Source of the DNA: an uncultured Candidatus Saccharibacteria bacterium
GTDB lineage: Bacteria; Patescibacteriota; Minisyncoccia; Phycocordibacterales; Zambryskibacteraceae
Direction of reading: 5' to 3'
Length of the DNA stretch: 64,000 bases
Assembly (NCBI GenBank): GCA_964651655.1
Contig: CAZYVS010000001.1
Coordinates: forward strand, 77,173-141,172
Shown: piece after piece, positions 1 through 9,771 of the stretch
Position numbering within the stretch: position 1 is the stretch's first letter
How the letters are laid out: each line of letters starts with the position of its first letter
Translations under genes and position numbers: made by a program
Notes under the pieces: model-generated
Database searches by the model: none
Told to the model about the DNA's origin: nothing
The model's input: the letters and a program-made list of their open reading frames with translations, nothing else

Positions 1-1313
1 GGAGTAACTTGCGTGCCATATTGACCGATAGCGGTAATATAGGTATCGCCCAACCGCCATATTTCACCATTAAATTTTTCTTTCTTCCATTCCGGAGTAG
101 GAATAATTCCTTGGACTTCGCCAAGAAGTTCGATACCAGTTTTTTCTGTTAAACCAAAAAGTTGAAAATAATTGTCCAGAACGGTTATACCCAGTCCTTC
201 TTGATCGCCATAACCGCCGCCAATGGAATAAAAGTAGGTGTCGGAAGAAACAGCGATCGCCTCCCTCATATCGGTCCAACCGTGCGCTTTCCAATCTTTA
301 AAGACAGATGGTCTGGATGGATCATACGGATTTTTCACCGTAATAGCGCCCGTGCTTAAAATCTTCTTATCCGGAGAGATGATTCTTTCATTGAGAGCCG
401 CAAGGGCGATAATGGGTTTCAAAATAGATCCGGGAGCATAAAGTCCGCTGATGGCGCGATTGAGAAACGGTTTGGACGGGCCATTGATTAAACGATTGAT
501 GGCGGTTTGATTGGAACCTTCCGTTAGCATGTTTTGGTCATATTCTGGAAAACTCGTCAGCGCTAAAATTTCACCGGTTCTGACATTTATCACCACACCC
601 GTTCCGCCGATAAAATCTTTGTCGCCGGCCAGGGCCGTAATGGCTTTATAGAGAGCTTCTGTCAGATAAGCGTCAATGGACAAAGTGATAGAGTCCCCTT
701 TTGTCGGCTTAGTAAGAATAGATTCTGAAATAACGTGACCAAAAACATCTATCTCTTTCAACTTTAGACCGTTTTTGCCCTGTAGAATATCGTCGTAAAC
801 ACGCTCCACACCATCGCGGCCGCGATAAGATTCTTCGTAATATATACCCGATCGATCAGAGAGAGGATACTTGAGATAACCGACCACATGCGACAAGCCC
901 AAGATAGCTGGATAGAATCGGCCGGCGAAAGCGCTTTTTTCATCTTTGACAGCGTTGGTGGCAAGCTCTATCATATTTCGATCATAAATTAATCCTCTGT
1001 CCGCAAAGATGAGAGTACGCGCCAGACGATTGTTCTCTGAGATTCGCGCGTAGAAGGAACCGTTCCTGATGTCAAGATCCCAAAGTTTCAAAACCAAAGT
1101 AAGAATCACCAGAGCCCAAATAACTTTCATGACGGTAAAAGTTTTTTGCCCCATCGGCTTTTCGATTCTCCCTCTAAAGCGGTGTTCGTCAAATCCCGGC
1201 AAATTCGTGGAATCAATGAAAATATCTTCCGGATTAATGTCCTGATATTTTTTGACAACCTGTTGAGGTAAATTTAAACGTTGTCTAATTTTACGTAAAA
1301 ATGTTCTAAACAT
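1..1313 (-). CDS. mrdA: Penicillin-binding protein 2 (transpeptidase), 3' end runs off the window
   Basis: Not in the ORF track. Manual minus-strand translation from ATG at 1313: MFRTFLRKIRQ...RGLIYDRN...GRDGVE...TGEILALTSFPEYD...NRAISGLYAPGSILKP (SxxK)...AIAVSSDTYFY...AIGQYGTQVTP. Lies downstream of mreBC. Confidence 0.9.
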   Translation of the reverse strand, partial: MFRTFLRKIRQRLNLPQQVVKKYQDINPEDIFIDSTNLPGFDEHRFRGRIEKPMGQKTFTVMKVIWALVILTLVLKLWDLDIRNGSFYARISENNRLARTLIFADRGLIYDRNMIELATNAVKDEKSAFAGRFYPAILGLSHVVGYLKYPLSDRSGIYYEESYRGRDGVERVYDDILQGKNGLKLKEIDVFGHVISESILTKPTKGDSITLSIDAYLTEALYKAITALAGDKDFIGGTGVVINVRTGEILALTSFPEYDQNMLTEGSNQTAINRLINGPSKPFLNRAISGLYAPGSILKPIIALAALNERIISPDKKILSTGAITVKNPYDPSRPSVFKDWKAHGWTDMREAIAVSSDTYFYSIGGGYGDQEGLGITVLDNYFQLFGLTEKTGIELLGEVQGIIPTPEWKKEKFNGEIWRLGDTYITAIGQYGTQVT

Positions 1314-1569
1314 AAGATCTCATATTTTCTTTGACGGGTAGCATAATTATAAGCGCCGCCAGCACGGCAAACGTTAAAGGAGAAACGGGCGTAATCAAAG
1401 TTGCCGGTAAAACATTATGAACAGCGTCAATCAGAAACGCCAAGACAATACCTTCCCAGAAGAATCGAAAAAAGATAATACCCGTAAATAAGACGGGCAG
1501 ATAAACCCAGTAAGGCAGAAATAAAATTGAAACAAGTATCAAGATGTACCCGACAAGACGATATATCAT
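1306..1569 (-). CDS. Small membrane protein in the mreD position
   Basis: 87 aa, almost entirely hydrophobic, overlaps mreC and pbp2 ends; mreD identity is inferred from synteny only. Confidence 0.6.
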   Translation of the reverse strand: MIYRLVGYILILVSILFLPYWVYLPVLFTGIIFFRFFWEGIVLAFLIDAVHNVLPATLITPVSPLTFAVLAALIIMLPVKENMRSYV

Positions 1570-2348
1570 GGTGTGATAAAAACAAATCTAAGAGTAAAAA
1601 TATTAGCCGGACTCTTGGCCAATACTTCTTTGAACGAATCCGTTGGCTGAATTTGTATTTCCCCCACTGTGGCTAAATGGCGCGCTCTGATATCGGCGGA
1701 CAGAATTCTATCCCCTTTTTCTACGGCAATATCGCGCGGCACGCTGAATTCAAAATTTCCACCACCGGCGCCGACAAGATTGATTGGCGCGTTATTCCTT
1801 TCTAGTACGGCATTGGTTTTCTCTCCGTTGGCGGAAAAAAGTTTTACTTGAGCGCTCTTGGAAAAAACTTGAGAAACCATACCCAGAAGCGGTCCTTCCG
1901 GCAAAGATACTTCCGCCCCCACAGCAACAGATTCGCTCGAGCCGGCGTCAATCACGATAACATCATAGGGTGTCTGTGGCGGACGAGTCAGTACTGTCGC
2001 TATTATCCCCGGCGACGACCCTTTTCGACCTATTAGTTCGAGAAGCTCGCTTTCCCGGATTCGTCCGGCTGACAAAGCAAACATCTCTGATTCAAGAGAA
2101 CTCAATTGTTCTTTCAACCTAGCATTTTCTTCGACCAGAGATTTCTGCGAATTAAAAAATACCGCGCCGTCCCTAAAACTTCTAATGACCAGATTTTCAG
2201 TCTTCCAAATCGGAGAGGCCAATGGAACCGCAAATTTGTTGAGAAAGGAAAAAACTATCGCCGCCGATATGAATATGGCTATCAGAATCAGCGCGCGCCT
2301 AACGTGCGGACGCTTCGATTTATTTTTTTGGAGGTAAGTCACCCTCAT
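1566..2348 (-). CDS. mreC: Rod shape-determining protein MreC
   Basis: N-terminal TM, coiled coil (LVEENARLKEQL), IDAGS..V..G..V and VEKGDRILS motifs; follows mreB. Confidence 0.9.
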   Translation of the reverse strand: MRVTYLQKNKSKRPHVRRALILIAIFISAAIVFSFLNKFAVPLASPIWKTENLVIRSFRDGAVFFNSQKSLVEENARLKEQLSSLESEMFALSAGRIRESELLELIGRKGSSPGIIATVLTRPPQTPYDVIVIDAGSSESVAVGAEVSLPEGPLLGMVSQVFSKSAQVKLFSANGEKTNAVLERNNAPINLVGAGGGNFEFSVPRDIAVEKGDRILSADIRARHLATVGEIQIQPTDSFKEVLAKSPANIFTLRFVFITP

Positions 2349-3384
2349 TTTCTATAAGCAGGTCTTTGAAACTTTCTAAATCCTCAAGAATAATGCCCGT
2401 GCCGCGAGCGACGGCTGTCAGCGGATCAGCGGCAATATGAACAGGCATATTAATCTCTCCTTCAATCAATTCAGCCAAACCCTTCACTAAAGAGCCTCCG
2501 CCGGACAGATAAACCCCTCTGGCCATAATGTCTCCCAAAATATCGGGCGGAGTGGCTTCAAGCACTTCTCTGATGGATTCAATCAGACTTTCAACCGATT
2601 GGGAAAGAGCGTCGCGAATATCCGTGTCGGTGAGAATAATCTCTTTGGGCAAACCTGAAACCAGATCACGCCCTCTAACAGACATTTCTAACGGAGCATG
2701 AGTGGGTAAGACCGAACCGATGGAAGTTTTGACAATCTCGGCTGTTTTCTCACCCAGCAGAATTTTGAATTGATTTCTGGCGTGGGCGATGATATCCGCA
2801 TTAAATCTTTCTCCGGCAATACGCAAATTCTTAGAACTAACCACCCCGCCTAATGAGATAATGGCGATATCGGCGGTGCCACCGCCGATATCAATAACCA
2901 TATTGCCTACCGGGTCATGGACCGGTAGACGCATACCGATAGCGGCGGCCATCGGCTCTTCGACAATGTAAACATCTCCGGCCCCGGCATTTTTTGTGGC
3001 ATCGCGGACAGCGCGGATTTCCACATCTGTAATTCCCGACGGCACTCCTACCACCACTCTGGGACTTAATATTTTATTAGAACCGGATGTGGCTTTTATC
3101 AACAAGTAACTAAGCATTTCTTCAGTAATTTCAAAATCTGAAATAACGCCGTCAACCAGAGGTTTAATGGCCAGAATATGGCTGGGAGTACGGCCGAGCA
3201 TGGCTCTGGCTTCCGCGCCGATAGCCACGATTTGTCCGGTTTTTTGATTCATTGCCACCACTGACGGCTCGTTTATTACAATTCCCTTGCCACCCAAATA
3301 GACGAGAGTATTGGCTGTGCCGAGATCAATGCCGATATCGTGAGAAAAGAGTCCGCGAATTTTTTTTAGACCTGAAAATTTCAT
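2320..3384 (-). CDS. mreB: Rod shape-determining protein MreB
   Basis: DIGIDLGTANT, EEPMAAAIG, DIGGGTAD, LSGGGSL, DPLTAVARG motifs. Confidence 0.97.
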   Translation of the reverse strand: MKFSGLKKIRGLFSHDIGIDLGTANTLVYLGGKGIVINEPSVVAMNQKTGQIVAIGAEARAMLGRTPSHILAIKPLVDGVISDFEITEEMLSYLLIKATSGSNKILSPRVVVGVPSGITDVEIRAVRDATKNAGAGDVYIVEEPMAAAIGMRLPVHDPVGNMVIDIGGGTADIAIISLGGVVSSKNLRIAGERFNADIIAHARNQFKILLGEKTAEIVKTSIGSVLPTHAPLEMSVRGRDLVSGLPKEIILTDTDIRDALSQSVESLIESIREVLEATPPDILGDIMARGVYLSGGGSLVKGLAELIEGEINMPVHIAADPLTAVARGTGIILEDLESFKDLLIENEGDLPPKK

Positions 3385-4631
3385 TATTTCTTAAATTTTT
3401 TAACAAGATGGGCTAGAGTTAGCTTTTTTGTATCATCTGAACTGCGATCTTTTACTTCTAGCATACCGGATTCTGAAAATTTATCTCCCATAATTACATG
3501 TCTAGGAATACCAATAAGGTCAGCGTCTGCAAACTTCTCTCCCGCACGAATATCGCGATCATCATAAAGCACTTCCACTCCCTCCTTGGTGAGAGCTTCG
3601 TATATTTTATCTGCAGAATTTTTTGTTCTTTCTGATAGAGAAAGTAAATGAATATGAAAAGGCGCAATTTCCTCAGGCCAGACAATACCCTTTTTATCTG
3701 AAAGCACTTCGACAATCGTACCCATCAATCTGGTAATGCCAATGCCGTAAGAACTTAGAAATACCGCTTTCTTTTGGCCGTGTCTGTCTTTAATATATAA
3801 GCCGAGCTGTTCGCTTTTCTTCGTGCCAAAGTTGAAAATATTGCCGATTTCGGCGGTCTTTTTCATTTCAAAATCGGACTTTTCCGCGCCAAGCTTTTTT
3901 AAGGTTTTGTCATTAAAAATCTCTTCGTTTAAGGCGAGCTTGCCGTTTTTGTGCACATAAATATTGTCTTCGCCGGCGTCGCAAATAGTTTGAAATTCGT
4001 GACTGAATTCGTCGGTAAACACACCGCCGGAAGCCGAGGTGACAAAAGTCATCTCGCCCAGTCCCGCGCGTCTAAAGATATTAAGGTAAGCATCTATCAC
4101 TTTATTATAAAAAGCGGCATTGTTTTCTTCGGTTAAGGCAAAAGAATACATATCTTTCATGATAAATTCCCGGCATCTCATAATGCCGCTTTTGGCCCGC
4201 GCTTCATTTCTTAATTTATTTTGAAATTGATGCACCGTCACGGGCAAATCCTGATAACTGGATATGTGAGACTTCATCATTTCCACAATCGGTTCTTCGT
4301 GCGACCAACCAAGGCCGACCTCGCTACCGTTTTTAAATATAGATTTAAACCAGATATCGACTTTCTCATCATTCCATCTGTCTGTCTTTTCCCAAGTCTC
4401 CTTGTTTTGAAGAGTGGACATAATTATTTCTTGGGAATTGAGCTTCTCCATTTCTTCCGCTACTATTTTTTTTATATTTTTGATGACATTGAAACCCAGT
4501 GGAAGAAAAGAATATACACCGGCCATCTCTTTATTGATAAAACCACCCCGAATGAGAAGCTGAGCGTTTTTCGCCTCTTCATCCTTAGGCGCCTCCCGGC
4601 GCGTTTTGGTAAATAGATGACTCTGCCGCAT
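3384..4631 (-). CDS. proS: Prolyl-tRNA synthetase (short form, no INS editing domain)
   Basis: MRQSHLF..T..EAP, LLIRGGFI...AGVYSFLP, KLRNEARAKSGIMRCREFIMKDMYSF, YGIGITR, GEKFADADLIGIP. Confidence 0.95.
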   Translation of the reverse strand: MRQSHLFTKTRREAPKDEEAKNAQLLIRGGFINKEMAGVYSFLPLGFNVIKNIKKIVAEEMEKLNSQEIIMSTLQNKETWEKTDRWNDEKVDIWFKSIFKNGSEVGLGWSHEEPIVEMMKSHISSYQDLPVTVHQFQNKLRNEARAKSGIMRCREFIMKDMYSFALTEENNAAFYNKVIDAYLNIFRRAGLGEMTFVTSASGGVFTDEFSHEFQTICDAGEDNIYVHKNGKLALNEEIFNDKTLKKLGAEKSDFEMKKTAEIGNIFNFGTKKSEQLGLYIKDRHGQKKAVFLSSYGIGITRLMGTIVEVLSDKKGIVWPEEIAPFHIHLLSLSERTKNSADKIYEALTKEGVEVLYDDRDIRAGEKFADADLIGIPRHVIMGDKFSESGMLEVKDRSSDDTKKLTLAHLVKKFKK

Positions 4632-4794
4632 CCCGTTATTCTACAGAAAGTTTTACCAAAAACAAAGTGAGGTATATTTAAGGAATTTTAATAAAACTTT
4701 AAAACCTTGGGTTGACAAGAGGTAAGAAGAGTCGGAGGATACACCCTACCTCATCGTGACTGTTTCCAGAATAACAGCGACACCGTGAGCGTGC

Positions 4795-4844
4795 AGACCT
4801 GAGACTCCAGAGAAGTTTCTCTGGAGTCTCAGGTCTTTCTTTTT
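4795..4844 (+). terminator. Long perfect hairpin with T-tract
   Basis: AGACCTGAGACTCCAGAGAA-GT-TTCTCTGGAGTCTCAGGTCT followed by TTCTTTTT. Confidence 0.7.
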
Positions 4845-4883
4845 ACATAGCCCTCCCCTATGTACATAGCCCCCGCCTATGTA
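4844..4883. repeat. Two overlapping REP palindromes (TACATAG-N7-CTATGTA) upstream of RAYT1
   Basis: TACATAGCCCTCCCCTATGTA (4844-4864) and TACATAGCCCCCGCCTATGTA (4863-4883); third copy at 5544-5564. Confidence 0.85.
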
Positions 4884-5550
4884 TAATGTAATGATGACTA
4901 TAAGAAAACTTTCATTCTCCATGAACGAGTACTATCATCTTTATAGCCGTGGAGTAGATAAACGTTTAATTTTCTTAGATAACAATGATCGCCATAGGTT
5001 TATGCGACTTATGTTTTTATGTAATGGCGACAAGCCGGTTATATATCGTGATACACAAAACCTTTCATTACAGAAAATTGATATGGGAAAAAGATTGGTT
5101 GCTATAGGAGCATATTGTTTAATGCCCAATCACTTTCATATTTTAGTAAGAGAAATAACAGAGGGTGGAATAACAAGATTTATGAGCAAATTGTTAACTG
5201 CGTATTCAACTTACTTTAACAAAAGACGAGCCAGAACAGGAGCTTTATTTTCCAGTGAATTCAAAGCGCAACATTTAGATACCGATGAGTATTTAAAATA
5301 TATCTTCGCTTACATACATCTTAACCCCCTTAAATTAATTGAATCGAGTTGGAGAGAAAGAAAAATAAATAGACAAACAGCAAATGCTTATCTTTCTAAA
5401 TACTATTTTTCAAGCTATCAAGATTATGTTGATGTTGTGCGAGAGATTTCTCTAATATTATCCAGGGATATTTTTCCTCAGTATTTTGTTAAAAAAGGAA
5501 GCTTCGAGACAAATATTAATGACTGGATTAATTTTGACCCACTTACATAG
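4879..5550 (+). mobile_element. REP-associated tyrosine transposase RAYT1 (Y1_Tnp / IS200-like HUH); start may be at 4891/4894
   Basis: YYHLYSRG..KR.IF....D, YCLMPNHFHILV (HUH), YFNKR..RTGALF, YIHLNP (catalytic Tyr), YYFSSY; flanked by REPs. Confidence 0.9.
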
Positions 5551-5564
5551 CCCCCGCCTATGTA
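5544..5564. repeat. REP palindrome downstream of RAYT1 (supplies its TAG stop)
   Basis: TACATAGCCCCCGCCTATGTA, identical to 4863-4883. Confidence 0.85.
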
Positions 5565-5575
5565 TTAGACACTTG

Positions 5576-6700
5576 TTAGAAAATGTTACGGATATCATTG
5601 ATGGTAATAAGAAGCATCAAGAGAAGGAGCAGAGCGAAACCGGCGGTATTGACGATATTGAAAACTCTCGCCGAGATTCGTCTGCGAGTGACCGCTTCAA
5701 TCAAAATAAAAAATAAACGGCCACCGTCAAGCGCGGGAAAAGGTAAAAGATTTATAACGGCAAGATTAATTGATATCAGCGCGGTAAATGTCAGCAAATA
5801 AATAAAACCGAGTTCTCTCGCATCACCGACCATGCTTACTATACCCACAGGACCGGTAATGCTGGAAATATCGGCGGCACCGCCAAGAGCCTTAATAATA
5901 AATGCCATGATGGATTGTCCGGTTAATAAAGTAAGTCCGGTGGTTGTTTTAAGCCCATACCACAGAGCCTTAAACGGTCCGAGTTTAGCTATTCCTATGA
6001 CATCCATAGAAATGCCGACGGCCGGTCGATCGGCAAGAATTCCTTCTTTGGGCATCACAATTTTTTCTGATATTTCACCGCCTCTTTCCACTTTAAAAAC
6101 GATGGATTCGACGGACAGGGCGATAAAATCAGTAGCTTCTTTCGGCGAGATGTTTTCTCCGGCCACTTCGGGTAAGAATTCTGTTCCTCTTGAAAGCGAG
6201 ACTAGCGCGTCTCCGGATTTGATACCTGCCTCTTCGGCGGGAGAAGTCGGTAAGACTAAAGTTATTACCGTGCGCGGATTCTTGACGGGTAGAGCTAACC
6301 CTTCCGGCGCCGGTAGGCCAACAACAAATCCGAGTGAAAATAAAAACCAAGCGAAAAGAAAATTACCGGCCACTCCCGCCACTAACACGGCCACCTGAAT
6401 GCTTCTATTTTTCGACTGGAAACTCTCACTTGGAAGCTCAACCTCCAAGTACTTGGAGGTTGAGCTTCCAAGTTGTTGTTCTACGGGGTTTTCTCCGAAT
6501 ATTTTTACAAATCCGCCAAATGGCAACCAATTGAGTGTAAATGGTGTTCCTTTCCAAGTAAAAAGTTTCTTGGCCAGAGGTGGAAAACCGAGACCGAATT
6601 CATCAACACGTATGCCAAGTCTTTTAGCCACTAAGAAATGCCCAAATTCGTGAACAATGATAAGCGCACTTAAAATTACAATAAAGATAATAATCGACAC
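5576..6700 (-). CDS. rseP: Site-2 protease RseP (M50, PDZ)
   Basis: HEFGH, LPFGGFVKI, AGVAGN, PDZ region, NLLPFPALDGG. Confidence 0.95.
   Translation of the reverse strand: MSIIIFIVILSALIIVHEFGHFLVAKRLGIRVDEFGLGFPPLAKKLFTWKGTPFTLNWLPFGGFVKIFGENPVEQQLGSSTSKYLEVELPSESFQSKNRSIQVAVLVAGVAGNFLFAWFLFSLGFVVGLPAPEGLALPVKNPRTVITLVLPTSPAEEAGIKSGDALVSLSRGTEFLPEVAGENISPKEATDFIALSVESIVFKVERGGEISEKIVMPKEGILADRPAVGISMDVIGIAKLGPFKALWYGLKTTTGLTLLTGQSIMAFIIKALGGAADISSITGPVGIVSMVGDARELGFIYLLTFTALISINLAVINLLPFPALDGGRLFFILIEAVTRRRISARVFNIVNTAGFALLLLLMLLITINDIRNIF
6428..6473. repeat. 46-bp perfect palindrome (REP doublet) inside rseP
   Basis: ACTTGGAAGCTCAACCTCCAAGT-ACTTGGAGGTTGAGCTTCCAAGT; reads LGSSTSKYLEVELPS on both strands. 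Confidence 0.9.
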
Positions 6701-6706
6701 GACAAT

Positions 6707-7258
6707 TTATGTTAGAATCTCTTTTTCTTTCTTTAGGGCCGATACTTCCAATTTCTGATTGGTATCGTCCACCAGTTTCTGCAATTCATTTTTTAGTCTA
6801 AACTTATCGTCCTTGCCCAAACTAACTTCTTTCTCTTTGTGATTGAGAATTTCAAGATTCTTTTCGCGTTCTGTGCGCACTTTAATGCGCGCTTCTTCTA
6901 ATTTCTCTTTCACCATTTTTATTAAAAGAGTTCTGCGTTCGCCGGTCAATTCCGGGAAAGAAACGCGTACTCCTTGAGCATCAAGCGAGACTGATAAACC
7001 TAGATTTGACTCTCTAATAGCTTTGTCGATATTGGGCGCGATACTATTATCCCATGGAGTGATGAGCAGAGACTTTGGACCCGCCCCGAGAATAGAGGCC
7101 ACTTGGTTAATGGGCAGGCTGGAGCCATAAACTTCGACAGTAACCGCATCCAAGATGCTGGGCGTGGCTTGGTTGGCACGAATGCTGGAATATTCTTTCT
7201 TAAGCCAATCAAGAATAACAGTGCTAGCGCGCTTAAATTCTGTAAAATCATACACCAT
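6707..7258 (-). CDS. frr: Ribosome recycling factor
   Basis: IRANQATPSILD.V.V..YGS..P, PWD, I.KAI..SNLGL, PELTGERR. Confidence 0.95.
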   Translation of the reverse strand: MVYDFTEFKRASTVILDWLKKEYSSIRANQATPSILDAVTVEVYGSSLPINQVASILGAGPKSLLITPWDNSIAPNIDKAIRESNLGLSVSLDAQGVRVSFPELTGERRTLLIKMVKEKLEEARIKVRTEREKNLEILNHKEKEVSLGKDDKFRLKNELQKLVDDTNQKLEVSALKKEKEILT

Positions 7259-7262
7259 GGAA

Positions 7263-7886
7263 TTATTTTAGCACCAATGACAGATGTTCGAGAATTAGAC
7301 GCGATGCCATGTTAGAATCTCCGATGAGACGCCTAATAGCATAAACTTTCTCCGCAAATTTACACATTTCACTTTTCTTTCTTAGCAAAAGCAGAAGAAG
7401 GTCAAGAAAGACCGAGAGATTTTTCTCTTCATCGGCAAACTCTTTGGCAAAGATGAGGCGATTTGTGAGAGAAGACGTTAGAAACGTCTCCGCATCGGTA
7501 GAATCGGATATTGGACTTTTAGGTACTCGAAAAACTTGCATGCGAGAACGCAAGGTTGGCGCAACAAGACCCTCTTCTCTCACAGAGAGAAAAAAGCGGG
7601 TGTTGGGAATCGGGTCTTCAAACGTCTTGAGGAGGGCGTTCTGCGCTTCAAGTGTCAATCGTTCCGGCGCAATGAGAAAAATTTTGCCAAGCGTGATGGT
7701 TTTACGCGAGGATAATAATTTCAACTCACGAGCTTCATCAATACCAAAAGTCTCCGTTCTGAAAACAAAGAAATCCGGATTATTGGAGAGTCGGATATTC
7801 AGACTGTGACAGAAAGATCGTAAATACGATTCCGCCTCCTCCGGCGTTCCAATCAGAAGATTAGCGTGACTCTGGCTTCTTAACAT
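7263..7886 (-). CDS. holB: DNA polymerase III delta' subunit-like (short)
   Basis: [31 protein letters not shown] motifs; Walker A not evident. Confidence 0.75.
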   Translation of the reverse strand: MLRSQSHANLLIGTPEEAESYLRSFCHSLNIRLSNNPDFFVFRTETFGIDEARELKLLSSRKTITLGKIFLIAPERLTLEAQNALLKTFEDPIPNTRFFLSVREEGLVAPTLRSRMQVFRVPKSPISDSTDAETFLTSSLTNRLIFAKEFADEEKNLSVFLDLLLLLLRKKSEMCKFAEKVYAIRRLIGDSNMASRLILEHLSLVLK

Positions 7887-8331
7887 CTAAGAGTTCCACT
7901 TCAAAGATTAAAGTCGAGTTGGGTGGAATAGCGCCCACTCCCTGTTCACCATAACCATAATCCGGAGCGACGATGAGAAGACGCTTGCCTCCAACCTGCA
8001 TGCCGGAGAACCCTTCATCCCAACCGCGAATAACCTGGCCAACTCCAAGGGTGAAGCTGAGTGGGGTGTTCCTATCGCGCGAACTGTCAAAAACTTTTCC
8101 ATCCAAGAGAGTGCCCACATAGTGCACAGTCAAAGTGTCCCCCGGCAGAGCCGCAGCGCCCTCTCCCACAACTATATCTTGCGTTTCCACGCCTGTTTGC
8201 GGCATAGCAGCGTTTGAATTGCCGTCAGACGGGTTAAAAAGATTTATAATCGGGCCTGTAAACAAAAGATACGTTAAGAATGCTAGACCGACAAACACGG
8301 CAATCCATTGATTTCTGTTCAAATTTTTCAT
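7861..8331 (-). CDS. FKBP-type peptidyl-prolyl isomerase
   Basis: [40 protein letters not shown]; N-terminal TM. Confidence 0.95.
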   Translation of the reverse strand: MKNLNRNQWIAVFVGLAFLTYLLFTGPIINLFNPSDGNSNAAMPQTGVETQDIVVGEGAAALPGDTLTVHYVGTLLDGKVFDSSRDRNTPLSFTLGVGQVIRGWDEGFSGMQVGGKRLLIVAPDYGYGEQGVGAIPPNSTLIFEVELLDVKKPESR

Positions 8332-8379
8332 ATTTTTTTTAATACTTTATAGGCGTACTCTATATGATATGATAGCGCT

Positions 8380-9084
8380 ATGAAAGAATCAACTGAAAAC
8401 ATTGCAACCTTAAGCCGGGTAGAAATGCAGAAACTCGCCTCAAGACGGGTCGAGGAAATTTCAAGAGAATTTGCGGAAGGGTTTGACTTTCTTGCGGATT
8501 ATCCGAAGTCAGTCACTTTTTTCGGCGCTAACCAATTTGGGGAAGATAATCCTTATTACGCAGATGCTCGCAAGCTGGCTTCGCGCATAGTGGAGAAACT
8601 TGGTTATTCAGTCATTTCCGGTGGCGGCCCGGGTATTATGGAAGCGGCTAACCGAGGAGCTTATGAGGCCGGCGGCAATTCTCTCGGTCTTTTAATCAGG
8701 CTCCCGGACGGACAAGTGACAAATAAATATATCACTCGATCATTTGACTCGTATTATTTCTTTGTGCGTAAGGTTTTGTTATCTTTCTCATCAGAGGCAT
8801 TTATATTTTTCCCGGGCGGTTTCGGCACCTTGGATGAATTTTTTGAAATATTGACCCTCGTTCAAACTAAAAAAATTATTAACATACCCATTATTTGCGT
8901 CGGTTCAGAATATTGGAACGAGCTCAAAAAATTTATGAAGAAAGAACAGCTCCGCCGGGGAGCCATTACAGACAAGGATCTTAAACTCTTTCACATCATT
9001 GATGATTATGACCAAATTATAGAAATAATAAAGAAAGTGCCAACGCGTAGTAGCGTACCCTTGGGCAAAGACATAGATTCTTAA
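8380..9084 (+). CDS. LOG family protein (TIGR00730-like)
   Basis: SGGGPGIMEAANRGA and PGGFGTLDE motifs. Confidence 0.92.
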   Translation: MKESTENIATLSRVEMQKLASRRVEEISREFAEGFDFLADYPKSVTFFGANQFGEDNPYYADARKLASRIVEKLGYSVISGGGPGIMEAANRGAYEAGGNSLGLLIRLPDGQVTNKYITRSFDSYYFFVRKVLLSFSSEAFIFFPGGFGTLDEFFEILTLVQTKKIINIPIICVGSEYWNELKKFMKKEQLRRGAITDKDLKLFHIIDDYDQIIEIIKKVPTRSSVPLGKDIDS

Positions 9085-9106
9085 AGATAAAGAAATGAAT
9101 TAAAAA

Positions 9107-9143
9107 TGCCGACAGATACCCGATAAACGGGTGCCTGTCGGCA
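9107..9143. terminator. Hairpin between convergent genes
   Basis: TGCCGACAG-ATACCCG-ATAAA-CGGGTGC-CTGTCGGCA. Confidence 0.6.
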
Positions 9144-9168
9144 GGATGGCGTAGAGAACGGTTGTGTT

Positions 9169-9693
9169 TTACTTACCGTTTCCGCGCCAAAAGAGATTGC
9201 GCCACTGATTCTGAGGCGCGCGCCACGCCCGTCGTCTCTTCTGTTGGAGACGAGACACTGGCAATGGGCCCCGACCCCATGGGAATTCCTCGCTACTGCT
9301 CTCGCCAGGAGAGAACATGCGAGCAATTTGACGAGCCGAACCCTCGATGATTGAAGGGAAGGCGACACATCGTTCTCCTATGGCAATGCATGAACCGGTT
9401 GACAACTCCCGGGCCCAGCCTGGCACTCCCGAAGCTGTCTTTAAGCACGGACTCCACCGGTTGAGACCGAATTTAAGATCAAACAGGGGTATTATCATAA
9501 CCCCCGCTAGTTTTACCACCGTCGCTTGACCCTCAGCAAGTGAGCTTACAACGACGGCGGTACATCCATACTTCTGGAGCGCCTCAATCAAGAGAACACT
9601 CCAGGGGTTTCCCTCACCATTCTCATTGTGAACAGTGAGAAACACCGGCCTTCCTTCATTCGTTCCATTCGACCCACCCGTCATATCGGTCAT
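9169..9693 (-). CDS. Hypothetical protein
   Basis: 174-aa ORF with GGAGG upstream of ATG and a hairpin downstream; no family recognised. Confidence 0.5.
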   Translation of the reverse strand: MTDMTGGSNGTNEGRPVFLTVHNENGEGNPWSVLLIEALQKYGCTAVVVSSLAEGQATVVKLAGVMIIPLFDLKFGLNRWSPCLKTASGVPGWARELSTGSCIAIGERCVAFPSIIEGSARQIARMFSPGESSSEEFPWGRGPLPVSRLQQKRRRAWRAPQNQWRNLFWRGNGK

Positions 9694-9771
9694 CTGGCAC
9701 CTCCTAACTAAAATTTTTTTACCGTCCTTTAGTAGTCTAACCCCAGAACTTTTTAAAAGTCAAGGAAAATG

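Noticed and set aside
70-964. Short ORFs listed in the track at the window start
   Set aside because: They are shadows of the pbp2 reading frame, which is missing from the track because it runs off the window.
5832-6653. Long plus-strand ORFs opposite rseP and similar antisense ORFs elsewhere
   Set aside because: Antisense shadows of well-supported genes; the shared peptide is explained by the palindrome.
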